Shown here piece after piece: positions 1-7,767 of a DNA stretch of 64,000 bases. The DNA is from Vicinamibacteria bacterium (GTDB lineage Bacteria; Acidobacteriota; Vicinamibacteria; Vicinamibacterales; JAENWD01). Under the pieces are notes generated by a model. The model saw only the letters and a program-made list of their open reading frames with translations, was not told where the DNA came from and ran no database searches. The stretch covers positions 514,473-578,472 of the forward strand of contig CAVUPP010000011.1 in the NCBI GenBank assembly GCA_963743245.1, in the 5' to 3' direction. The position numbers and the translations under genes were made by a program. Within the stretch, counting starts at the first letter, position 1; the number at the start of each line of letters is the position of its first letter.

Positions 1-1022
1 GCGCGTCCCCAGGCGCGCCGCGGCAAGGGCCCAATCGCGAGGACGAGGAGGGGAGCGCTCAGCATCGCGATCGGAAAGAGAAAGCGTAGTTCCTTGTGGG
101 CGATGGCGCAGAGGACGATGGCCAGCGGTGCAGTGGCCCAGGTGAGCACGTGGCGGGGATGGCGCACCCAGGCGACGACTGCGGAGGCGGCGAGCGTGAG
201 GTTGAGCGGGCCGAATGGCCCGCGGGCCAGGATCGGCAGGTAGCCGTACCAGGGCTCCGCGCCGAACTCGCGGGCCGCGCGGCCCGCGCCGAAATTCTGC
301 GCGACGTAGTTCCACGGCGCGAGCGTCCACGCGTCGTAGCCCCAGGAGTCCACGGCCGCCGCCACGGCCAGGGCGAGGCCGATCCCGCCCCCGACCCACG
401 CGAGCCGCCGCGCCGGGGTTCGGCCCTCCACCACCATCCACGTGAGCAGTGACGCCACCATCACTCCCGAGGCATAGCGCAGGCAAGTGGAAAGGCCGAG
501 CAGTACGCCCGTCAGGAGCGCGGTCCCCGGCCCGGCCCTGTCCCCTTTGAGCACGACCAGACACAAGGCGAGGACGAAGCATGAGGTGGACAGGCTCTCG
601 GAGGATGTGCGGACGGCCAGGAACGGCGCGAAATAGAGAAGCACGAGGGCCTGCACGGCGAACCGGCGCGCGCTGGAATCAGCGAACCAGCGGTCGGCGC
701 AGCGCGAGAGCGCCACGACGCCGAGCCACGCCGTGAGCCCGGAGAAGAGGCGGAACGCGAAGGCCCACTCAAAGGGGTCGTTGACGCCAAGGGCCGAGAG
801 GCCTTTCGCCCCGACCGTGTACAGGCCGGGTTGAAGCCATGGGCGCATCCGCTCCCTGTACTCCCAGGTCAGCGCGCTCACCGGCGTGCGGCCGAGTTTG
901 GACCCGGCGAACTCGAGTACCTGGAAGTGCTCGTCGGCGTTCAGGAAACCCTCACTGCGCCACGCCGCGACGAGTACCAGCAGCAGTCCGACCGCAAGCC
1001 ATCGAGTGCGAAACGTACTCAT
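1..1022 (-). CDS. GT-C membrane glycosyltransferase, GT22 (PIG-B/ALG9-like mannosyltransferase) family; 3' end lies outside the window
   Basis: Not in the ORF track because it runs off the window edge. Manual translation from ATG 1022 gives MSTFRTRWLAVGLLLVLVAAWRSEGFLNADEHFQVLEF..., many hydrophobic spans, and ..LCAIAHKELRFLFPIAML near the window edge. DExFQ near the N-terminus plus HKExRF are the signature motifs I associate with Pfam Glyco_transf_22. Confidence 0.65.
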   Translation of the reverse strand, partial: MSTFRTRWLAVGLLLVLVAAWRSEGFLNADEHFQVLEFAGSKLGRTPVSALTWEYRERMRPWLQPGLYTVGAKGLSALGVNDPFEWAFAFRLFSGLTAWLGVVALSRCADRWFADSSARRFAVQALVLLYFAPFLAVRTSSESLSTSCFVLALCLVVLKGDRAGPGTALLTGVLLGLSTCLRYASGVMVASLLTWMVVEGRTPARRLAWVGGGIGLALAVAAAVDSWGYDAWTLAPWNYVAQNFGAGRAAREFGAEPWYGYLPILARGPFGPLNLTLAASAVVAWVRHPRHVLTWATAPLAIVLCAIAHKELRFLFPIAMLSAPLLVLAIGPLPRRAWGR

Positions 1023-1633
1023 CGCGGAGACGAGATTCTCTCCGCGTCCGACAACTGCAGCCGGCCCGTCACGGCCTGACCTGACGCGAGAGCTCGGACG
1101 TTGGCTCATAACCGGCACGGGCCGAGGCTGTGTATCGGATGCGGTCGCGGGTCGCCGATCGAACGGGGCTGAGGAGCGGGGGCGCCTGGCACGACGGCCG
1201 CACGCTCGCCGCGGCCTTGGCACTCACGACCCGCCAGCACAACTCGCACCAACATGAACCTGGATCATCTGCGTGTTCGCTTGTTGCCTGCGAGGGACGA
1301 CTTACCCGAACGACGAGACGGCGTCGGCTTATTGGCGCGTTGACAAACCGACCAGCGCTCGCCGCGCGCGCCAACCAAGAATCCGGCGAATCAGCGCAGG
1401 GGCCAGAGGCACGAGGCCTGGTAACTGGCTCATCTGGCCGCATGACTGCGGGTTCAAGTCCCACGATTCGCCCTTGTCGGCCCCGCCGATAAACGGCCGG
1501 CGTGAATCCCGTAGCTCGTCGGAAGGCGGTTGTGAGATGACGGGATGCCGCTTCGCGACGGTACTATCGTGGAACGTCACGGACGGCGTTACGTTTCTGC
1601 TTCGTAACAGCGGAGAAAATAGACTGGGACGTC

Positions 1634-2083
1634 ATGGTGACCAGCGCGCTGCTCTCTGCGATCCACATGTTGACGCTCGCGCTGGGGCTCGGAGCCGTCG
1701 TCATGCGCGGGCGCGCACTCGCTCGTCCCCTCGATGAGGCCGGCTGGCAGCGCTTGCTCGCCGCCGACAACCTTTGGGGCATTGCGGCCGGCCTTTGGCT
1801 CGCCTCAGGTCTCGCGCGAGTGTTCTTTGGGGGGAAGGACCCGAGCTTCTATTGGGACAACGGCTTCTTCTGGATCAAGCTTGCGTTGTTCGGACTCGTG
1901 TTTGCGCTCGAGCTGATGCCGATGATGACGTTCATTCGCGTACGAACCGCACGCAGGCGGAGAACGGCGCTCCCACGATTCTCAGTTGAAGCGTACCGCT
2001 GGATCAATGCTGCAGAAATTGCGCTCGTCGTGGCGATCGTGTTCGCCGCAGCATTCATGGCCCGTGGCGCGTGGCTGTTCTGA
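1634..2083 (+). CDS. small integral membrane protein (DUF2214-like, tentative)
   Basis: 149-aa ORF with four hydrophobic spans (LLSAIHMLTLALGLGAVV, LWGIAAGLWLASGL, FWIKLALFGLVFALELMPMM, IALVVAIVFAAAFMA). The family call rests on size and topology only. Confidence 0.55.
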   Translation: MVTSALLSAIHMLTLALGLGAVVMRGRALARPLDEAGWQRLLAADNLWGIAAGLWLASGLARVFFGGKDPSFYWDNGFFWIKLALFGLVFALELMPMMTFIRVRTARRRRTALPRFSVEAYRWINAAEIALVVAIVFAAAFMARGAWLF

Positions 2084-2272
2084 AACTAGTCGCGGAATCC
2101 GCCTCTCGGACGCGGGATCGAGCAGTGAGTGGTGCGAACCGAGGCGCGGGAGAAGTCGCGTCAGCTCACCTGTCACGCGCGACCACTTACGGCGATCTAC
2201 TCGCGCTGGACCTGCAGCGGCGGGCTATGGGTGCAAGCTGTTCAACCGCACACCCACGGCGAATGTTGGCTT

Positions 2273-2602
2273 TTAGAATTCGCGTTGCAGGACGTAGTTG
2301 GGCGAGCCGTTGTAGAACCCGAACACTTCATTGTTCGCGTTCAGCACGTAGGCCACGACTGACACGGCGTGCGTCAGCGACACGGTGCCCTGCATGTCCA
2401 CCTGCAGGTGCGGATAGAGATAGATGTCGCCGCCTGGGCCTCTGGGTCCACCCGCCGTGAGCTCGTCGGGAGGAATCGGCGAGCCATCGCTGTTCAGGTT
2501 CTGGTACTGGTAGGCATAGCCTCCGAAGCCCGTGACGTGCCGCTGCGCGGCGACCACCCCAAGCTGCTCCGCCAGGCCGTCAACGACCCCCGCGCACTTC
2601 AC
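2273..2602 (-). CDS. hypothetical protein
   Basis: 109-aa ORF with GTG start, strong third-position GC and a beta-rich C-terminus (..EVFGFYNGSPNYVLQREF, TAA stop). No signal peptide or family recognised. Confidence 0.4.
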   Translation of the reverse strand: MKCAGVVDGLAEQLGVVAAQRHVTGFGGYAYQYQNLNSDGSPIPPDELTAGGPRGPGGDIYLYPHLQVDMQGTVSLTHAVSVVAYVLNANNEVFGFYNGSPNYVLQREF

Positions 2603-2624
2603 GGCCCAGGATACGTTCGAGATC

Positions 2625-3233
2625 TCAGCGCTCGGGTCCGGCCGTACCGCTGCGCTGCTTCCGTGACAGGGCTAGCGGGAGTGACACTCGGACGCCGGCA
2701 TACATCCCCAACGCTGGCGCCTCCTCGTTCCCTGGGCTGAGTAAAAGCAGCCTGCCTTCGGGTCCCACACGCCATCCATTGCTCGCCGGGAACAACACGC
2801 CGCCACCCACGGACACGCCAGGCATCATCGTGCGATCCGCGCGCACCTCGTCTTCGAACCGCGTCGTTCCGGTGTGATGGGCCATCACGAGACCCCCGAG
2901 GACGTAGCTCGCCGCCGCCTCGCTCGTCCACGAGTACTTCACCGCGGCGGCCAGCAGCGTCGTGTGGCCGTCTGCCTGGAACACGCCCTCGCCGCGATCG
3001 TGCGCCAACCAATCGACGCCGCATTCGAGCGACAGGCCCTTCGTGAAGCGCCGTTCGACGTGGCCAGAGAGGAGAAGTCCGCGACCGAGTGAGCCCTCGT
3101 CGTCCCAGGTCTGTCCAAAGCCGGCCGTGGCACCGGCGGTCCACAGTGGTGGTGTGGTCTGCGTCTGTGCTGCAGCTGTCGTGGTCTGAACCATTGCGAG
3201 CACGCTCAGAAAGACGAAGATCCTGCGGCGCAT
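2625..3233 (-). CDS. small outer-membrane beta-barrel protein
   Basis: 202 aa. Sec signal MRRRIFVFLSVLAMVQTTTAAAQ. Alternating amphipathic strands rich in Gly and aromatics (..AAAVKYSWT.., ..GVSVGGGVLF.., ..GMYAGVRVSL). Confidence 0.65.
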   Translation of the reverse strand: MRRRIFVFLSVLAMVQTTTAAAQTQTTPPLWTAGATAGFGQTWDDEGSLGRGLLLSGHVERRFTKGLSLECGVDWLAHDRGEGVFQADGHTTLLAAAVKYSWTSEAAASYVLGGLVMAHHTGTTRFEDEVRADRTMMPGVSVGGGVLFPASNGWRVGPEGRLLLLSPGNEEAPALGMYAGVRVSLPLALSRKQRSGTAGPER

Positions 3234-3314
3234 AAGGCCTCCCAGGGGGTACTGCGCAAACGACGCTCGAATTGGCTCATGCGGCTGGGGTAAGCTGCGG
3301 GCGGACCGACGCTG

Positions 3315-4577
3315 ATGACCCGCTGCACATCGTCACGACGCACGTTTCTGAAGACCTCCACCCGATTGTTGGGTGTGTCGCCCCTGGCCACGTTCATGAC
3401 CCGCATACCCTCGCCCGACTCCACAGGGCCGCTCGTCGCCTACGTCGGCACGTTCAGCTCACCACTGCGCGACACGCTACCCACACAGGTCGATCTGCCC
3501 CCGGGAAACGGCCGCGGCATCCATATCTTTCGCGTCGATCGTTCGACCGGCGCCATGACGCCGTCAGGCGTCGTCGAGATGGGCACGAGCCCGGGCTGTC
3601 TTGCCGTCAATAAAGTGGGCTCACGGCTCTATTCCGCGAACGAGACCGATCGTGTTGGTGACGACAAGCAGGGCACCGTCAGTGCGTTTGCGATCAGCCG
3701 CGCGGATGGGAAGCCGGAATTGCTGAATACCGTGCGGTCGGGCGGTACCGGACCGACGTATGTCAGCATCCATCCGGGCGGACGCCACCTGCTCGTGGCG
3801 AACTACTTCGGCGGGTCGGTGGCCGTGCTTCCGATACTCCCGGACGGCCGTCTGGGCGATCCCTCCGACGTGAAGGTCGATGCCGGCGCGATTGGTCCGA
3901 AGAAGGCGGCGCATGCACCCGAGGGCAGCTTCGCCATCAGCGGACACGATCGAACGCATGCGCACATGATCCAGGCGGATCCGTCGGGCCGCTTCGTGCT
4001 TCACGTGGATCTCGGTCTCGACCTGATCTTCGTCTGGAAGTTCGATGCGGATCGTGGCGTCCTGACAGCCAACGATCCTCCATCGGTGGCGTTACCTCCT
4101 GGCGATGGACCGCGCCATTTCCATTTCCATCCGAACGGGCGCTGGTGCTACTCGATTCAGGAAGAGGGCTCGACCGTCGTGTTGTTCGACTATGACGGCA
4201 CGGCGGGACGGTTGACCGCGCGACAGACGATCTCCACGCTGCCGCGAGCGTTTGCCGGCAGCAACTTCTGCTCAGAGATCCTGGTGTCGGCTGACGGGCG
4301 CTTCGTGTACGCCGGCAACCGGCTGCACGACAGCATTGCTCTCTTCGCGGTGGGACAGGATGGCGCCCTCACGTACGTGAGCGAGGAATGGACGCGCGGG
4401 AACTATCCACGCAGCTTCGCCTTCGATCCGAGCGCGTCGTTCCTCTACTGCTGCAATCAGCGCGCGGACGCCGTGACGGTCTTCCGTGTGGATCGCTCGA
4501 CCGGTGCGCTGGCGTTCACCGGTCACTACGCGGCTGTCGGGAATCCTTCGATCGTCGTCTTTGTCGATCTCGCCTGA
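3315..4577 (+). CDS. lactonase-family 7-bladed beta-propeller (6-phosphogluconolactonase-like), Tat-exported
   Basis: 420 aa. Twin-arginine motif SRRTFLK. Repeated blade motifs (..RLYSANE.., ..HLLVANYFGGSVAV.., ..GPRHFHFHPNGRW.., ..RFVYAGNRLHDSIALF..). Confidence 0.85.
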   Translation: MTRCTSSRRTFLKTSTRLLGVSPLATFMTRIPSPDSTGPLVAYVGTFSSPLRDTLPTQVDLPPGNGRGIHIFRVDRSTGAMTPSGVVEMGTSPGCLAVNKVGSRLYSANETDRVGDDKQGTVSAFAISRADGKPELLNTVRSGGTGPTYVSIHPGGRHLLVANYFGGSVAVLPILPDGRLGDPSDVKVDAGAIGPKKAAHAPEGSFAISGHDRTHAHMIQADPSGRFVLHVDLGLDLIFVWKFDADRGVLTANDPPSVALPPGDGPRHFHFHPNGRWCYSIQEEGSTVVLFDYDGTAGRLTARQTISTLPRAFAGSNFCSEILVSADGRFVYAGNRLHDSIALFAVGQDGALTYVSEEWTRGNYPRSFAFDPSASFLYCCNQRADAVTVFRVDRSTGALAFTGHYAAVGNPSIVVFVDLA

Positions 4578-4892
4578 CCGCGCCTGGTCCGGCTGCAGTC
4601 GTGTCGAGGTGGAGCTTTCGGCGAACCTTGTGCTCGAGCTAGGCCTGTGCGTTGGCACTCAAGCACCAGATCAATGGAAAGTTGGTTCCGCATCTGGGTA
4701 ATGCGCGTGCCCGACCGCTCCGCATCCGCGAAATCCCCGCCGTTCTCGACATTCGCAGGGGGTGGGCATCGGCAAATAACCTCAGAATTTACAAAAACGT
4801 GACGCCACGGTGAATGTCCGGGTCTTTGAGTTGCATGGGGTTGGGCGATGGCTGCGCCACGTCAATGGCCACTCCGCTCGAGGACCTGACAC

Positions 4893-5936
4893 ATGAAACG
4901 GCCTGTCTTCATCGTTGGCTGCCCGCGCTCCGGAACGACGCTGTTGTATTCGATGCTCGTCTCCGCTGGAGGGTTTGCGTTCTATCGCAAGGAGACCCAT
5001 TTCTACGAAGTCGCGCCGCGGTTCCCGGAGCTGTCGTCGGCCCGTGCGCGCGAGCGGTTTCTGCAGGAGTTTCTCGGCGGCTACCTCGGACGCGTTCCAG
5101 GCCTCGCCGTTGAACCGTTGATCCGTGGTGCGCTTGCGGAGTCCCGAGCGACGGGCGAATTCCTCCCGCGTCTCATGGCTCGTATCACCGAGACGCAGCA
5201 AATGGAACGGTGGCTCGAAGGCACGCCGGCCCACGTCCTCTACATGAACGCGATCAAAGCGTCGGTGCCCGATGCGCTGTTCGTGCACGTGATCAGAGAC
5301 GGCCGCGACTGTGCGTTGTCGACCGCCAAGCATCAATGGGTCTCCCGGATCGGCCTTGACCGCCACCGCGGCACAGGCGTTGCTGCGCTCTATTGGGAAT
5401 CGATGGTGCGGGCAGGGCGCGCGTACGGCCGCAGGAACCCCAGGGACTATCATGAAGTCCGGTTCGAGGACCTGGTGAGCGACCCGCAGCGCGCGCTCGA
5501 AGACGTGGGCCGATTCATCGATCACACGCTCGACGTCGAACGGATCGCGCAGCATCCCGTTCACGCGCTGAAGCAGCCGAACACGTCGTTTCGCGAGGAA
5601 CGTGCGCAGGGATCCTTCAATCCCGTCGGGCGATGGAAGTCGGCGGAGGCTGCCAACGAGGTCAGACTGTGTGAACGGCTCGTCGGACCGTACCTCGAGG
5701 CGGTGGGATATCAGCGGGCGTTTCCCGGGGAGCACGGCGGCCTGACGGGCGTACGGATGCGACTGACGTACATGACCTATTTCAAGGCGAAGCAATTCGT
5801 GAAGGCCCACACGCCGCTCGGCCGGGCGCTGACGAGCAGCCGTCCGTGGGCCGAGCAGCCGCGCGCAGGCGAAGCGCCCGTGGGCCCGATTGCCAGCGCC
5901 AACGTGGTGGAACAGTCCGCCGCCGCGGCCCGATGA
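4893..5936 (+). CDS. PAPS-dependent sulfotransferase family protein
   Basis: 347 aa. N-terminal 5'-phosphosulfate-binding loop FIVGCPRSGTTLL and later ..VHVIRDGRDCALS.., typical of Sulfotransfer_3-like enzymes. Confidence 0.85.
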   Translation: MKRPVFIVGCPRSGTTLLYSMLVSAGGFAFYRKETHFYEVAPRFPELSSARARERFLQEFLGGYLGRVPGLAVEPLIRGALAESRATGEFLPRLMARITETQQMERWLEGTPAHVLYMNAIKASVPDALFVHVIRDGRDCALSTAKHQWVSRIGLDRHRGTGVAALYWESMVRAGRAYGRRNPRDYHEVRFEDLVSDPQRALEDVGRFIDHTLDVERIAQHPVHALKQPNTSFREERAQGSFNPVGRWKSAEAANEVRLCERLVGPYLEAVGYQRAFPGEHGGLTGVRMRLTYMTYFKAKQFVKAHTPLGRALTSSRPWAEQPRAGEAPVGPIASANVVEQSAAAAR

Positions 5937-5961
5937 GCGCCATACTACGGGACAGCCCACA

Positions 5962-6879
5962 ATGACCGAACTGCTGGCTCTGTCCGCCATCACGTTCGTC
6001 GCCGCGATCGTCAACGGAGCGCTCGGCTACGGGTTCTCCTCGTTGACGGTCCCGATGGCGCTGCTGTTCATGGCGAGCCGCGTCCTGAACCCCGCGCTCG
6101 TTCTGATCGAAGTCGTCCTCAACGCCTACGTCCTGTTCGTCAATCGAGACAGCCTGCCGCTGGTGTGGCGGCGCATGTTGCCGCTGGTGGTCGGACTTGC
6201 GCCGGGCGTGCTGATCGGGACGCAGCTCGTGGCCCGCGTCAATCCCTCGTGGATGAAGCTCGCGACGTTTGCGTGTCTGCTGCCATTGATCCTCGTCCAA
6301 GCGGCCGGCTACCGGCGGCCGATCGCGTGGAATCGATCGTTCGGGCTCTCGTTCGGCGCCGGATTGGGCGTCCTCTATTCGGTCACGACAATTTCAGGAC
6401 CGCCCCTGGCGGTGTTGCTCAGCAACCAGGGATACACCAAGCGCGAGTTCCGTGCGGCACTCGGTTTCGTCCGCGTCGCGGAGTCACTCATGACGGCGGC
6501 GGCGTACGTGTATGTCGGGCTGTTCACCTCCACCACGCTGACGCTCTCACTTCAAATCCTGCCAAGCCTGGCGATCGGTGTGCCACTTGGCGCGCTCCTC
6601 ATCCGACACATCCGCACGGAAACCTTCCGGCGCGTGTGTATGAGTTTCGACGCGTGGATCGTGGCCTTCGGCTTGGCGTCACTGCTGCGAGCCTTGCAGC
6701 TCACGGACGTGGGACCTGCTGCGGCCTTGTTCCTCACCGTGGTCGCCCTGGATCTCTGGCTGCTGTACCGCTTCTTCCGTGCCGCACGCGGATTCGAGCC
6801 GGCGGTGGACGGCAGCGATGGCCTGGACAGGCTCACGCCGACGGCAACTTCTCGTCGAGGTCGCTCGCCAGCGCTGTGA
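5962..6879 (+). CDS. TauE/SafE (DUF81) family anion exporter
   Basis: In-frame ATG 24 codons into ORF 5890..6879, 25 nt after the sulfotransferase stop. MTELLALSAITFVAAIVNGALGYGFSSL.., about 8 TM spans, ..SFGAGLGVLYSVTTISGPPL.. Confidence 0.85.
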   Translation: MTELLALSAITFVAAIVNGALGYGFSSLTVPMALLFMASRVLNPALVLIEVVLNAYVLFVNRDSLPLVWRRMLPLVVGLAPGVLIGTQLVARVNPSWMKLATFACLLPLILVQAAGYRRPIAWNRSFGLSFGAGLGVLYSVTTISGPPLAVLLSNQGYTKREFRAALGFVRVAESLMTAAAYVYVGLFTSTTLTLSLQILPSLAIGVPLGALLIRHIRTETFRRVCMSFDAWIVAFGLASLLRALQLTDVGPAAALFLTVVALDLWLLYRFFRAARGFEPAVDGSDGLDRLTPTATSRRGRSPAL

Positions 6880-7429
6880 GGTCCGGCTCTGCCAGCAGCT
6901 CCCGTACCTGAGTACGAAGCTCGTCGTCGCAGAGGCCCTGGCGCTCGGAGAGTCCGAACAGCATCTTCAGCATCACCGTGAGCTCGCGTTCGGCCAGCAG
7001 GTTCACTTGCAGATCGAGGTGTGCCCGCCTGTCGGTGAGCCGCGTCAGCTCGTTCTGTGCGATCAACACGAACAGCGTCAGGAAAATCGCCTCCAGGGAC
7101 ACGACGAGCGTCAGAAAGTTGAACGGGAACGGATCGAAGGGCTTGATGCGGGTGAGCAGTCCCGTATTGATCGCGATCCAGAGTGCGAAGCCGACGCCAT
7201 GAAGCGCCAGCGAGGTCGCCGAACCGATGGCCCGCGTCAAGGTGTCGCTGATCCTCGACATGAACCGGCGTTGCCGCAGCGCCTCTTCTTCGAGCCGTGC
7301 GACCTCGCGGACGCTCTTTCGCATGCCGGCGGTGAGCGCGTCGCCGGTGGTGACCGACGTGGACTCCGGCCGCCCTTGGGGCGTGACCGCGCGCCCGCGG
7401 CGGCGGGCGCGACCCTCAGTCCTCGGCAT
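6833..7429 (-). CDS. DUF1003 family membrane protein
   Basis: ORF 6833..7555 trimmed to ATG 7429 (MPRTEG..). The core ..IKPFDPFPFNFLTLVVSLEAIFLTLFVLIAQN.. is the DUF1003 signature. An alternative start is ATG 7324. Confidence 0.75.
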   Translation of the reverse strand: MPRTEGRARRRGRAVTPQGRPESTSVTTGDALTAGMRKSVREVARLEEEALRQRRFMSRISDTLTRAIGSATSLALHGVGFALWIAINTGLLTRIKPFDPFPFNFLTLVVSLEAIFLTLFVLIAQNELTRLTDRRAHLDLQVNLLAERELTVMLKMLFGLSERQGLCDDELRTQVRELLAEPDLTALASDLDEKLPSA

Positions 7430-7437
7430 GCCGTCGC

Positions 7438-7527
7438 TCAGCGGCCGCAGCCGGCGTGAGCGACCACATACCACAACACGATGACGCTGAACGGAATGCC
7501 TAGCAGCCAGCCGACGATGTACCGCAT
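7438..7527 (-). CDS. 29-aa single-TM micro-protein (hypothetical)
   Basis: Manual find, below the ORF-track size cut-off. ATG 7527 is preceded by GGAGGA. Product MRYIVGWLLGIPFSVIVLWYVVAHAGCGR. The stop lies 8 nt upstream of the DUF1003 start. Confidence 0.35.
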   Translation of the reverse strand: MRYIVGWLLGIPFSVIVLWYVVAHAGCGR

Positions 7528-7767
7528 GGATCCTCCAAGTGCGGCGATGCCGCACGATTCAGTGGAGGAGGTGGCAAGAAGGATGCCCCACGATGACGGG
7601 TCCGGTGTAGCAGTCGGAGCGACGAGATCGCTCCATCTCTGTGCACTTTCAGCAATGGGTGACGGCGCATGCTGCCGCGTCGCGCAGAATGTGCAACGGC
7701 CGTGGCAGGAATTACCTGCATGATCGGTGAGGGATCGTCGCTGATTCCAGCCAGCTGCCCGTGCTGC

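Noticed and set aside
1161-1480. Possible tmRNA (GGGGCTG.. at 1161 and a GGTTCAAGTCC T-loop at ~1451)
   Set aside because: The 3' strand after the T-arm (GATTCGCC) does not pair with GGGGCTG. No short tag ORF ending in a hydrophobic ..AA stop could be found, and the UUCGAC-type 5' element is absent.
4782-6014. 410-aa minus-strand ORF, and similar long antisense ORFs (8323..9042, 9052..10047, 25035..26063, 39589..40566, 39711..40910, 44400..45710, 54863..56038, 61667..62740)
   Set aside because: These are shadow ORFs typical of GC-rich DNA. They are Arg/Ala/Pro/Gly-rich low-complexity text, lie antisense to genes with clear family motifs, and have no motifs of their own.
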